From assembly GCA_000697335.1 (NCBI GenBank), contig JNEM01006225.1, forward strand, positions 1 through 33,503: a DNA stretch of 33,503 bases. The letters run 5' to 3'. A program made the position numbers and the translations under genes. Of this stretch, positions 1 to 11,685 are shown one piece after another (within the stretch, counting starts at the first letter, position 1; each line of letters starts with the position of its first letter). The notes beneath the pieces were generated by a model. The model did not search any database. It was not told the origin of the DNA and saw only the letters and a program-made list of their open reading frames with translations. This DNA comes from Conidiobolus incongruus B7586. Lineage: Eukaryota.

Positions 1-1043
1 TAAAATAATATATAAAAAAGAATATTAATTTCTTTATTTTATATCAAGTTTTATAAAATATATATATTAATAATTTTTAATAATAAAATTATGCAATTAG
101 TTAATTTTTCTATTTATATTATTCAATAATAAATAAAATAACAAATAATCTTTTAGTTTTAATATAAATATTAAGAACTCTAATAATACCCATAATCATT
201 TTATTTTTATAATTTACATTATCTTAAATAATGAAATGAATGATATTGAAATTTCTTCTTTGTATATGATTAGGAAAGAGTTTAGAAGGATATAACAATA
301 GAATTTTATAATAAGGTTCATTGTTAAATTTTATTATGATAAATTCTAATATCAAAAGTTATAGGATATTTTACCATTAATTTGGGTTAAATTATTAATT
401 TACTAGATAGAAAATATTGGTAATAATTAATTATTAAATATTTATGTTTTTAAAGATAAGGATTATTTGAATAATCATAAAATATGAATGATAGAACATC
501 AAATCTTAATTGTATATGATTATATGAGCATTAGTAATAATTTAAATTGATTTAATAAAGTTTGGATTTTATCAATTGAATAATTAGTTGTTAATCTTTG
601 ACAAAATTTAATTAAAACTTGAAAACATTTGAAATTGATTGAATATAAATTATCAACAATATCGATTAGGTTTTAAAGTTATAAACCGTTTTTCTTATTA
701 TATTGTAACTATTTGTTTTTTGATTTAATTATTTTGAAATAAAAATTTATTCTGTATAAATTTAAATATATTTAAAATCATTGAATTTTATATTATCCAC
801 TTCAAGTTTTTTGTATGAGGAAATTAATGAATTTTAATCCAATATTCAATCCCAATTATATTTTAGCTCAATTTTTATTATTCATATGATTTAAATACCA
901 ATATCGTTAAAATGACGAATTGTTTAGAATTTCAATTATGAAATTATATTGCATTATATATATGTTGTGATCAATCATTAAAATAGATGGTAGTATAGTA
1001 TAAAGCTAGGATGGGATGTGGTTACTAACAAGAGAGTGCTTGG

Positions 1044-1682
1044 TTAATGGAGTGAGTGTTTAGATAAGAAATAATCCAATAGAGGTCTCCTACTCCAAAT
1101 CCTATGCAGAGAAAAATTAGGATCGGGTGTCTCCAAATACATGGGATTACCCAAGTTCAAAGGTGACAGGTAAATATATCCTTTAGCATTGAGGATGATC
1201 TGGTCGCGAAGCACGTTGGAAGTACCATAACGATCTACAGCAGATAACAGAATGCTTCGGAGTGCTTTTTCGTCTAGTTTAGATAGAGTTTGTTTGCGTT
1301 CTGTCATGAAGACGTATTCATAATAGTTGATCAGTTGGATTAGGCTCATACACTTTAATTTGGCTTTGAACTCTCTTACTTCCCGATTTAAAATACTCTT
1401 GGTGGACAGAGGTTTCTTAGCTGGAGGTGGATTGAGTGTAGGAGATGGTATCTCTAAATTAGGGAAAGAATTACTTCTGTAATAGCAGCAGTATTCAGAA
1501 GACAGCGGTAAGCTAGATTTTCTGTAAGGGTAATGAGGTTTATGAAACTGTGGTATGATGAAACCGGCACACCATCTCATGATGTAATAGGGAAATAGTA
1601 CCAAACACCAGTACCAACTCCAGATATATCGAACGGGATCGGCAATCCAAAACTTGACATGGTAACTTGTTGAAACTACCAT
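1044..1682 (-). CDS. Hypothetical 212-aa protein, intronless, with an aromatic/hydrophobic N-terminal segment
   Basis: Uninterrupted ATG-TAA ORF, clearly GC-richer than its flanks, with AAA before the ATG. No family recognised. Confidence 0.65.
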   Translation of the reverse strand: MVVSTSYHVKFWIADPVRYIWSWYWCLVLFPYYIMRWCAGFIIPQFHKPHYPYRKSSLPLSSEYCCYYRSNSFPNLEIPSPTLNPPPAKKPLSTKSILNREVREFKAKLKCMSLIQLINYYEYVFMTERKQTLSKLDEKALRSILLSAVDRYGTSNVLRDQIILNAKGYIYLSPLNLGNPMYLETPDPNFSLHRIWSRRPLLDYFLSKHSLH

Positions 1683-3030
1683 TTTAAAATATTAACAAGG
1701 TTATATAGTATAATAATAAGCTTTTATATCTACAATAGACTTGATGTTATTGAATTGGAAATAATGGGAAATTTTGATGATTTATAGATGGATCAAACTT
1801 GTGAATTTGGAATAAAAATCAAGAATGTAGAAAAAATATCCAGATATGATAACCAACAAAAGATTATGGGTATACCAAAACAAATAGCAAGAATGCTAAT
1901 ACCAAAGCAAATACTGACTTAATATCAATGTGTTAAAAGTGTAAACCTAAAAATAATAAATGTGCTGAAAGTTTTGAAAATTTCTTTGTGAAGGAAATGG
2001 TCGGGTTTTTATACCAATTTTCTCTACATTTGATAAATGAAAGAAATTATTAACCTTTGTTTCATCCAATTTCAGAATTTAACTTTGTTAATTTAAATTA
2101 TTTCAAATTGAACCCTGTTTTTATGTGACTCTCACTTTAATTCCTAATTGTTCTTAAATATATTTTATAGCCATTTCTATATTATTATGATTGCAACATT
2201 CGTCATCCAAATATCAAACCATATATTTGTTAAATATATTATATTCTTCATCATTCCTTCATCATCCCAGTTAATCCAAAAAATTCAATTTTATTTAGAA
2301 AATTACATAAAAATAAAAAACTGAGGTAAATTTCTCTAACAGGGACGCCAAAGCAATTAATTGTATTGAAAAATGATTTGAATTTAAATTTGGACTGAGT
2401 TTTAAAGTTAACTAAATTTTAACAAAAACAACAAAATATTTTTATTTCTAATTTATCATAATATTGATAGAACTAATACGATACTAAATAATATGACTCT
2501 TTTGCTAGGGCATTGAAATTCATCAAAGTAAATTTATGTAATTATTTTTAATGATATTATTTAAGCTTTTGATTGGCATCAATGACAAGATGTAATTACC
2601 ATTCGAATCAAATTAAAAATTAAGTCTATGTGAATACATATACATCATTATATGATTATATAATCATTTATAAAGAAATTTCAAAATAACTTTCATTTTA
2701 ACTTTATCTTTTTAAAATATGATAAAAATCAACAATTTATTGATTTTAAATTTAAATTAAAAAGATATTTGATAATACACCGAATTACTCGATTTAGGAT
2801 ATACTATAATATATTAATGAATAATTAATTCTATAAATAATCCACCATACTTACTAGATCCCAATAAATATTAGGTAATTATCTATCAATTTTTTTAGTT
2901 CGGAGAATTTTTATTTGATAAAATTCGGATTTTTATAAGAAATCATCAATATAATAAGGAAATTTAATTTTAATTATTGGTTATTTTAATCAATATAATT
3001 TAGTTTAATGTATTATTTAAGTAATAGATT

Positions 3031-3498
3031 ATGGTTAAATTAGTTATATTAGCTTTATTTGCATCGGCAATAGTGACCATTCCAAGTCAAAGTCCAAATT
3101 CTGATGCACTCAGGTATATGGATGTGGACGAATTGAGCAGCTTAATGTGCGATTTAAACCTTGGAAAATGCAAAAAAAACCGGATGATTCTAAGAGTAAG
3201 GGTAAGGGTAAAGGAGGCAGAGATTTTATCCAGGATATTTTGAATATTTTGGGTGGTAAAAATATTGAAATTGAAACGAATAAAGAGGAAACTTTAGATG
3301 TTGATCTATACATTATTGAGAAGGAAGAAACTAGGAAGAAGGATCACAAATCTAAGCAAGTATAATGGAGTTGGTAGTAACAAAGAGACTGGTGGAAATA
3401 CTGAGGAGGATAGTAAACCAAATTAACCAAAGTCTGACTCCAAATCCAAATATAATAATAAGGATAATTACGAGAAACCTGAATATAAGAATAAGTAA
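3031..3498 (+). pseudogene. Frameshifted gene for a small secreted, charged/Lys-rich protein
   Basis: Signal-peptide-like MVKLVILALFASAIVT. The frame shifts at the A8 run (3172-3179) into KPDDSKSKGKGKGGRDF...KQV* (3365). A further frame continues YNGVGSNKETGGNTEEDSKPN*PKSDSKSKYNNKDNYEKPEYKNK* to 3498. Confidence 0.55.
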
Positions 3499-3702
3499 TA
3501 ATTATTTATTTTCTATTCACAAACCAATTTAATTGATCATTATTTAATTACTAATTTTAACATTTTAATCAAATAAATTCCAAATTCAAATCACAGAGCT
3601 ATAGAATGTAAGATATATATGCAACTATCTAACATCCTTTTAAAACCATCTTAAACAAAGTTATAAACTATCAATTAAAATATTTTATTGGCTTTTAATT
3701 CA

Positions 3703-4918
3703 TTATTTGCTGGATTTAGTATATGTTAATTCCTCAATAAACTTTTCTAGATTTTTCAACTCGTTAAGAGTTGCTACACCGTTAGCCCACCATCTAATTT
3801 TTTGATGTTGATCAATTAAGTAAACATAACCTAATAAACCATTCATCATGCCAAGTTTCTCTTTGATGTAATAAAGATCTCCAAATTTGTAAAGGTAATT
3901 GGGCTATTATAACATAACAGTTAATTTAATAGAAAATTAAATGATTTTTTCATTACCTTTTGCCATTCCTTTAACGATTTTTTAACACCTCCTTGACATG
4001 CTTTGACCACTAGAGATTTCAATTTTTCAGAACAATTAATCTACTCAAATAATTAATTATAAATTAATATTAATAATAAATAAAATTATTTACTTCAACT
4101 ATTTGAAAATTTGTCAAATCTTTGAATTTATCAGCGATAGGATGGGTGAAAGAATCGGCTTGAGTCTATTTTCATAATAAATTATACTTGTATTTAATGT
4201 ATTAAGATCAATATAAATATACCTGACCGAATTGAGAATGGTGAAAAGCCACTAAATTAATTTTACCTTTGATTAAGTCTTGGAGTTCTACCTTGTTCTT
4301 CTGACGATCCGTCTTCTTATTCAATTCTGGGAAGAGTGGTTCACATTTGAATGTTGGCATATACAATGCATTCTATTTAATTATAATTTAATATAATTGA
4401 AAAATTTAAACGGTTGATTATTTTACTTTACTAGGTATCATTTTATCGTAAGCTTCGAACATTTTACCATCTGTAGCTCTAATATCTTCGTTTTATAATT
4501 ATTATATTTTTCTTAATAATTATATATAATTCATAATTACCATGAAAATCTTGATAATAAGAAGTTGATAATTCTTTTAAACTATAATTATAATAAATAA
4601 AATTGATAATATTATATAATATTAATATACCTACATAACTCTCCTTCTCTCTAAAGCCTTGTCAGCATCACTCAAATCCTTAATCTTATCCTTTAACCTA
4701 TCGAAAAATGAACGGTTGTCGGGTTGAGGTAATTCGGCTTGACCAGGTACGAAATCTTTCAACTGGTTCAATGTAGCTTTTCTTTGTTTTTTCTCATTTT
4801 CTAAAGCAAATGAAGTATTGGTTCTGACTTTAATCAAATTCACATTATTTTGTAAAATTGGAACAAATACTCTTTTGTTAAAAAATGTGTTAGAAATAGA
4901 TAATAAAGATTTTGACAT
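3703..4918 (-). CDS. ATP10: Mitochondrial ATP synthase assembly factor Atp10 (~296 aa, 7 exons)
   Basis: Manually spliced exons 4918-4635, 4581-4541, 4485-4427, 4372-4223, 4165-4094, 4040-3957, 3903-3703 with GT-AG introns of 53-57 nt stay in frame. The translation has a presequence-like N-terminus, SYYQDFHDIRATDGKMFEA...ALYMP and the C-terminal LGMMNGLLGYVYLIDQHQKIRWWANGVAT, typical of Atp10. Confidence 0.88.
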
Positions 4919-5040
4919 AATTTTAATATATAATATTTAATATTATTTAATTTGGTGAAGATATTGGTGATTGAAATAACAACCTTAAATCTTAATATCA
5001 AAAATTCAAAAATTATGGGTACAACATTAAAAAAATTAAT

Positions 5041-5045
5041 AAAAA
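5041..5045 (-). terminator. Pol III oligo-dT terminator of tRNA-iMet
   Basis: TTTTT immediately 3' of the tRNA on the minus strand. Confidence 0.8.
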
Positions 5046-5117
5046 TAGCAGCGAGAGGTTTCGATCCTCCGACCTCGGGGTTATGAGCCCCGCGCGCTTC
5101 CTCTGCGCTACGCTGCT
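5046..5117 (-). tRNA. Initiator tRNA-Met (CAT)
   Basis: AGCAGCGTAGCGCAGAGGAAGCGCGCGGGGCTCATAACCCCGAGGTCGGAGGATCGAAACCTCTCGCTGCTA: cloverleaf, A1:U72, consecutive G-C pairs in the anticodon stem, ATCGAAA T-loop (A54/A60). All are eukaryotic initiator hallmarks. Confidence 0.97.
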
Positions 5118-5891
5118 TAATCCTCTTCTTAAATAAACTATATTTATTTCTAAATTGTAAAATTGATATTTTTTCATTTTAACTTTACAATTTAATAATA
5201 TCAACCTTTTTATATTTTTTTTTTATTTTAACTTCATTCAAATTTTTTTATAATTTTTTTCTTTTTTCATTCACAAATTGTATATTATTATTTTAATATT
5301 TTTTTATTCTCAATCCCTATTTTACTCTTGTATTCTTGATCCTATATCAAAAAATTTATCAAATTTTTTCTATGATATATTTCTTTTAACTTTTTATTTG
5401 TTAAATATTAAAATCTACCTTTAAAGGTTTATAATTTAGTTTATTATGTTCGTATATAATTGTTGATTTATTGGAATAACTATTTGTTTTAATATTTATA
5501 CTCAAAAATCATAATATTCTAAACAATATTTTATACTGTTTTTATTTAACAGTTAAAGTTTCTTGAAGTTATTAGCTATAATAATTCAAATTAAAATATA
5601 TGTCTTTGTTAGTATTGCAAAAACTAATAAAATTATTATCAAATTTTTGGATATTATTCGAATTCAATAAAAATTTTAAAACTATTTCTCAAGTATTTTA
5701 AATAATAAAATTGAATAATTTATATAATTTAAATATTTATTAATTTTTATTTTAAATTGTAAATATTTTACATAGTGATTGTTATCACTAATTGAGTACT
5801 TTAATAATCAGTTAAAATCTCAAATTTCTAAATTTTAAACAAGTATTCATCTCGTCTTAATGATGTTAACTTGGACAATAAGTAAAAGTTA

Positions 5892-7055
5892 TTAAAGTGT
5901 GAATCCAAGCCCGTTGGCAGATGCCTTTAAGGCCATATCGCCTCTACCAAATTCTGAAACCTTGTCCCAGCCAACGATACCTTCTTCCATTTCTCCAATA
6001 CCATGGTGCTCACCGAGGAATAAGACTAGGTGCAAAAAGAATCTAGGGTATTCTTCCAATTTGGGAGTTTCGCCAGTTTTAGCATCCAAAATAGCTTTGA
6101 TGTTTTTAGCAGTGTAATGACCTTGATACATGGCAGCACCTGCAAGTTTGACTTCTTGCCAGTCGTTGATGTCACCGATGGCGAAAATATGAGAGTATTT
6201 GGGATTGAGAAGTTGCATAGTGGGCTTGACCTTGACAAGTTTCTTTTCATCCAACAAGGGGTATTCTTCTGTAGATTCTAAATCGAAAATATCTGTGACA
6301 GGGTTACCAGCACCAAGACAGTTCATAACTAAATCGACAGTGAGTTCAACACCTTGGTTGGTCTTTAAATCATAAACAGTTTTGCCATCTTCTTCGCGTT
6401 GGCTTTCGGCTATGACGCGATTTTCGAAAAGTAGTTCGACTCCAATATCTCTCAACTCATCAGCTACTCTCTTTTTGAATTCTTCAGTGTAAGGACCAAC
6501 AATGGGAAGAGCTCTAGAGTGAATCAAAGTGACCTTTTTCTCAGGGAAATGCGATTTGATATCGGCAGCGAGTTCAACGCCAACAGCACCAGCACCTACA
6601 ACAGCAACAGTTGAAGCAGCTTCAATTTTAGTGCGGACAGCTTGGTACTCATCCAAATAGTCTTTCTTGATGGATGATGCGGGCCAAACTGGAGAACCAC
6701 GGCCGTAACCGGTGGCAACAACAATATAATCAAATTCTTCACTCAATCCAGAGTCGGTTTCAATGGTTTTTTCGGTGACGCGAGTGACGGTAGCATATTT
6801 GAATTGAATATTGGGGTTGTTATACCATTTAAGCTCAGTGTGGTTGCACCAGATAGCTTTAGCGTATTCCTTATGAACGAGAGCACGAGTAACACCAACT
6901 AAGTGACAGAAACCCTGTCTCTTATCGAAGATAGTTACCTTGATATTGTATTCATTAAGATCGAGAGCATCTACGAGCGAATTGACGAATCCAAGACCAC
7001 CATAATTACCTCCAACAACACCTATTCTAGTTACTTTTCTCTCAGCTGAAACCAT
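5892..7055 (-). CDS. AMID/FSP1 (AIFM2)-like FAD-dependent NAD(P)H oxidoreductase, copy A (387 aa from ATG 7055)
   Basis: N-terminal Rossmann motif VVGGNYGG, DYIVVATG, second motif VVGAGAVGVELAADIKSHFPEKKVTLIHSR, and VKPTMQL...HIFAIGDIND..EVKLAGAAMYQG. Intronless. Confidence 0.9.
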   Translation of the reverse strand: MVSAERKVTRIGVVGGNYGGLGFVNSLVDALDLNEYNIKVTIFDKRQGFCHLVGVTRALVHKEYAKAIWCNHTELKWYNNPNIQFKYATVTRVTEKTIETDSGLSEEFDYIVVATGYGRGSPVWPASSIKKDYLDEYQAVRTKIEAASTVAVVGAGAVGVELAADIKSHFPEKKVTLIHSRALPIVGPYTEEFKKRVADELRDIGVELLFENRVIAESQREEDGKTVYDLKTNQGVELTVDLVMNCLGAGNPVTDIFDLESTEEYPLLDEKKLVKVKPTMQLLNPKYSHIFAIGDINDWQEVKLAGAAMYQGHYTAKNIKAILDAKTGETPKLEEYPRFFLHLVLFLGEHHGIGEMEEGIVGWDKVSEFGRGDMALKASANGLGFTL

Positions 7056-7157
7056 TATCACAATTAATTACTATATAATTTTTTCAATACCAATAATCTG
7101 AGAAGCTTTCCAGCTTTTAAACCTTTTTTTAGTGGAATTTATATCTATTTTCTAAAC

Positions 7158-8187
7158 TTTATATAGTAATTTATATTCTCAATTAGGAATAAATATAGAT
7201 CAGATAATTGTGAATTTTTGATAATTTTGTATTCAAAATTTTTACATATATTGAGGAGTTAGCCAATGACATAAATAGAAAATTTTAATTGTTTACTTAT
7301 ATGGAAGGATTATGAGAAATATATAAAATGGTAATTTAAATTTACAGTACAATTTGGAAATATTAATATAAAATTATAATGAATTATTTTATATTAAAAC
7401 TTTCATCAATTTAAGTCTATTAAGTATATAGCTATATTCATCAATTAAACATTTTATATGTAATACTATATATTTCTGATATATCTTTTTCTTTATGATA
7501 AATTAAATAACTTGTCTGGTATATTTCAAATAATATAACATCTCATTAGACAATACCTGAAACAATAGTAATTTGTTAAATTATGTATATTATTTAAGTA
7601 ATATGATTATTATATGTATCATCTGTAAATTTTAAAATTGTTTACAATTTTAAATCCATTCGATTTCCTTTTTTATTTGTGAACAGTTTTCTCATATAAT
7701 AATGGATAATATTTTAATGACCTCGATTCTAACCTATCATTGGTCGATTTATAAAAAATGTTTGACTAAAATAGAATTATCAGATGGTTTAGATATTTTG
7801 ACAAGTGGGATATATTTGGAGAAAAGGTTTGAAATGGAGAACGATTATTTTAACTATTTATGTTATTTTCTTGAAGCTTATTACCAACTAAAAATCCTTT
7901 GATTGATTCATCTTTATAGATCTTATAATGATAAAATTGAAAATATTTATCATTCACTTACATCAGTTATAATTAAGAATAAAAATCTTTCTAATTTGAT
8001 GTATCTTGGAATAATATGAGTTGCAAAGTTAAGTATTATAATATAGATAACGGATAAATAGTGATATATCTGATTGATTTTGAATTATTTTAATTAAGAA
8101 GAATGATTTTTATTCAAGTTATTAATATAATTTTTACTGTTATTAGTTATATTCATTTATTATTTTATTAATGGGTTTATCAGATAA
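7158..8187 (-). promoter_or_regulatory. Promoter of copy A: TATA box plus three ATCWGATAA GATA-factor sites
   Basis: TATATAAA (minus) at 7158-7165; ATCAGATAA 7199-7207; TTATCAGAT 7777-7785; palindromic TTATCAGATAA 8177-8187. Confidence 0.65.
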
Positions 8188-9781
8188 AATTGTTTAAATT
8201 AGTTAGTTAATCCAAGCAGTGTAATTTTTAAAAAGATGATGATATTTTAATTAAACAGCTGAAGAAAATATTTTTTTGGATAATAATCAAAAATATATAG
8301 TAAGAAATAAAATCGAATTGGAAAATTTAATTTATACTTATTTATTATATGATATAAAAATTATTATTACAACATACTTACTTTTTGAATAGTTTTCATG
8401 GTCTAAAAGAGAAAATGACAAGTATTATTTAATTGATAGAATTTTATAATAATAATTTCAGTATATGGATAATATACTATTTTAAAATTTATCTTTAATA
8501 GATATATCAAATTTATTCATATTTGGTAATTTATAAATTATAAATAAAATATTTTATATAAAATATATAATAATTTTTTACATTATATTTACAAATGATT
8601 ACTAGGAATTCTTTAAATATTTAAATATTATAAGTGTATTATATTTTAATCAAGTTAAAAAAATGCTGTATTACACTCTTATATGTTTTTTACCTATTTA
8701 TTACCTGATAAAATTAAACTTATCATGTACACGAAAAATTATAAGGACAAATAAATAAACATATTTAGATTTTATATGAGAATCTGCAGCTTCTTGAGAT
8801 ATATTAATAAATTCAAATCATTCAATTTATCGAAGTAATCAAAAAAATATTTAATTGGAAAAATATTCTCTATAAAACATTCAGCACAATTATCAAAGTT
8901 CATAAGGTATTAAGTTTGTAATAAAAATCAAAATTATATCCAAATAATATTTCAAAACCAAAATCATATTGATAATTAAATCCATTTTTATAATGATTTA
9001 AATTAAATATAATATTTTAATAAACAACTCTTATTAGAATAGTTAAATTTCTACGAATTCACAGATCCACTCATATTACAATCTCTTATTAAAAAAATTT
9101 TGTAATATTTTAATATCACACACTATATTTAAAGTAACAATATAAATAATGATGTGAGCAATTAATATTAGATTATATTTAGTTATTATAATTTTTAAAA
9201 AATCATAGAGATAATAAAGATTTATAATTTATATCTTTATCAAAAACAATGTTAATAATCAAAATTAAAAGATAAAAATAGAAAAACTTTGAAGTTTAAA
9301 ATAAAATGGATGTGAATTGAACTAAGATCTATTGTGTGGCAGGCAATAATTATATCACTAAATCACCATTACTCATCTTATTATTAATTCAAATAATTAA
9401 TGAAAATAACATAATTTTCGTTAATATAAATAATCAAATTAAACAAATATTGAATTCATATTAAAATTTTTATATATATATTCCCTTAAGTCTATCATAT
9501 CGGCTAGTGTATTTCTCCAAATTCATTTCTATTGTTAATATCAAAATATATTTAAATAATAATTAAAATATTTACTTAAACTCAAATGTTTATATATAAA
9601 TCAAATCAAGTATTAATTATCTGTAGTGAATGATTCTAAATATCTTTTTTAAATTGATTTTGATATTTAAGTTATTGATTACCTGCATTATTAAGACAAA
9701 AGAAGCTAAAATATATAAATTATAAAATAAATTTATTAATTATTATAAATAAAAAGTGTAGTTTTATAATAGTTAAATAGC

Positions 9782-10942
9782 TCAATTATATCCAAGATGA
9801 TCTGTAGAAACTTTCAAGTACATATCCCCTAATCCCATACCTATTATTTCTTGAAAACCAATCAAACCATGTTCCATTTCACCAACTCCACGATGCTCAC
9901 CAAGGAATAAAATCATATGCAAGAAGAATCTAGGATAATTTTCTAATTCGGGTGTTTCACCAGGCTGGGCATCCGAGAGTTTTTTAATATTCTTTGCAGC
10001 ACAAAGTCCTTGATACATAGCAGCTCCAGCGAATTTGATTTCTTGCCAGTCGTTGATATCACCAATGGCGAAAATATGAGAGTATTTGGGATTGAGAAGT
10101 TGCATAGTGGGCTTGACCTTGACAAGTTTCTTTTCATCTAGCAATGGATACTCTTGAGTGGATTCCAGGTCCAAGATATCTGTGACTGGATTGCCAGGAC
10201 CAATGCAATTGAAGACTAAATCAGCAGATAATTCAGTACCTTGATTAGTCTTCAGATCATAAACCACTTTTCCATTATTTTCTCTTTTTGTTTCCGAAAT
10301 GACACGACTCTCAAAAAGTAACTCTACACCAAGTTCCTTTAATTCTTCAACAACCTTATTTCTAAATTTTTCAGTGTAGGGACCCAAGATAGGAAGTGCT
10401 CGAGAGTGGATTAGAGTGACTTTCTTCTCGGGATAATGTGATTTGATGTCAGCAGCGACTTCAACGCCAACAGCACCACCTCCTACAACAGCAACAGTTG
10501 AAGCAGCTTCAATTTTAGTGCGGACAGCTTGGTACTCGTCCAAATAATCTTGCTTGGTCGATGATTTGGGCCAAATTGGGGGGTCACGGTTATAGCCGGT
10601 AGCGACAACAATGAAATCAAATTCTTCACTTTCACCAGAGTCAGTTTCAATGGTATTTTCCGTAATACGAGTGACTGTAGCATATTTGAATGAGAGATTG
10701 GGATTATTGTACCATTTGAAGTCAGAATGATTACACCAGGTATTTTTAGCATATTCTTCATTTACAAGTGCTCGAGTCACTCCAACTAAGTGGCAGAATC
10801 CCTGTCTCTTGTCAAACACTTTTACCTTGATGTTATACTCTTTCAAATCGAGAGTTTGAATAATGGAATGAACGAAACCGAGACCTCCATAATTTCCTCC
10901 TACAACACCAATTTTAATTGATTTTCTGACAGCTGAAAGCAT
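9782..10942 (-). CDS. AMID/FSP1-like oxidoreductase, copy B (386 aa)
   Basis: Same motifs as copy A (GGNYGG, ATG, GGGAVGVE, FAIGD). Intact and intronless. Confidence 0.9.
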   Translation of the reverse strand: MLSAVRKSIKIGVVGGNYGGLGFVHSIIQTLDLKEYNIKVKVFDKRQGFCHLVGVTRALVNEEYAKNTWCNHSDFKWYNNPNLSFKYATVTRITENTIETDSGESEEFDFIVVATGYNRDPPIWPKSSTKQDYLDEYQAVRTKIEAASTVAVVGGGAVGVEVAADIKSHYPEKKVTLIHSRALPILGPYTEKFRNKVVEELKELGVELLFESRVISETKRENNGKVVYDLKTNQGTELSADLVFNCIGPGNPVTDILDLESTQEYPLLDEKKLVKVKPTMQLLNPKYSHIFAIGDINDWQEIKFAGAAMYQGLCAAKNIKKLSDAQPGETPELENYPRFFLHMILFLGEHRGVGEMEHGLIGFQEIIGMGLGDMYLKVSTDHLGYN

Positions 10943-11047
10943 TGTAATTAATCCTTAGTATTTGAATTAAAAAGAATAGAGTTATATTTCTTAGTTTTTA
11001 AAAATTTATATAACTCAAATTGAATTAATTTTATTTCAAAATGCTTA

Positions 11048-11685
11048 TTTTTATACTAATTATTTAATATTTGATAAAAAAAATTAATTTCTTATCTGAT
11101 ATATTGAATTAATTGAAATATTAATAATTTTTCCATAAATAGCATTAAAAGTATATTTAAACTTGAGTAATCAAATTTTTTTTAGAATATTCGCAAAAAT
11201 AATCGGTCCATAATATAAATTTTAAGTAATTATTAAATTATGACTTGTTTATTTTGATATTGAGCGGTTTAATAATTATTTGTCTTTATCAGATTTATAA
11301 TATCATTTCTTATAGTATTGTACTCAATAGATAGTAAACTGATTATAAAAATGTAAACTATTTAATAATATACTATGACATTAATTATTTTTTTGTTTTA
11401 AATAACAGATGTCAAAATATAATAAGATATTTTGGCAATTATCATTTCGAAACAGTGTCGTCTAGAGCAATACAGTGACAAATATAACTGATAAAAAGCT
11501 TTTATAAAAATATAAATATTGATAGTTAAAGAAAATATAATTATTTAATAAGATAAATAACATTTAAAATTAATTCACTTTTAATTAATATTAACTTTTA
11601 TAATAATTTTGGAATTAATTATTTTATATCAAAATAAGAATTCATCTGATAACTTAGTCAAATTTCCAAATATGTATTATCAGAT
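11048..11685 (-). promoter_or_regulatory. Promoter of copy B: TATA box plus four ATCWGATAA sites
   Basis: TATAAAAA (minus) at 11048-11055; TTATCTGAT 11092-11100; TTATCAGAT 11286-11294; ATCTGATAA 11644-11652; TTATCAGAT 11677-11685. Confidence 0.65.

Noticed and set aside
1..240. Very AT-rich, TpA-rich stretch, perhaps another hypermutated repeat
   Set aside because: I could not align it to the mariner copies or recover any convincing motif.
4631..4918. 95-aa ORF as a standalone gene
   Set aside because: It is exon 1 of ATP10 reading into intron 1.
5013..5204. 63-aa ORF
   Set aside because: It overlaps tRNA-iMet and AT-rich flank, has a non-ATG start and is spurious.
7263..7282. CCAAT box as a CBC:HapX bipartite site
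   Set aside because: The CSAAT-N12-RWT spacing is not met, and the site is not positionally conserved in copies B and E.
7500..7920. Possible decayed F-box/LRR-like gene relic on the plus strand (includes the 66-aa ORF 7702-7902)
   Set aside because: Only a vague resemblance (LSGIFQII*HLIRQYL..) with many stops; it cannot be supported without a homology search.
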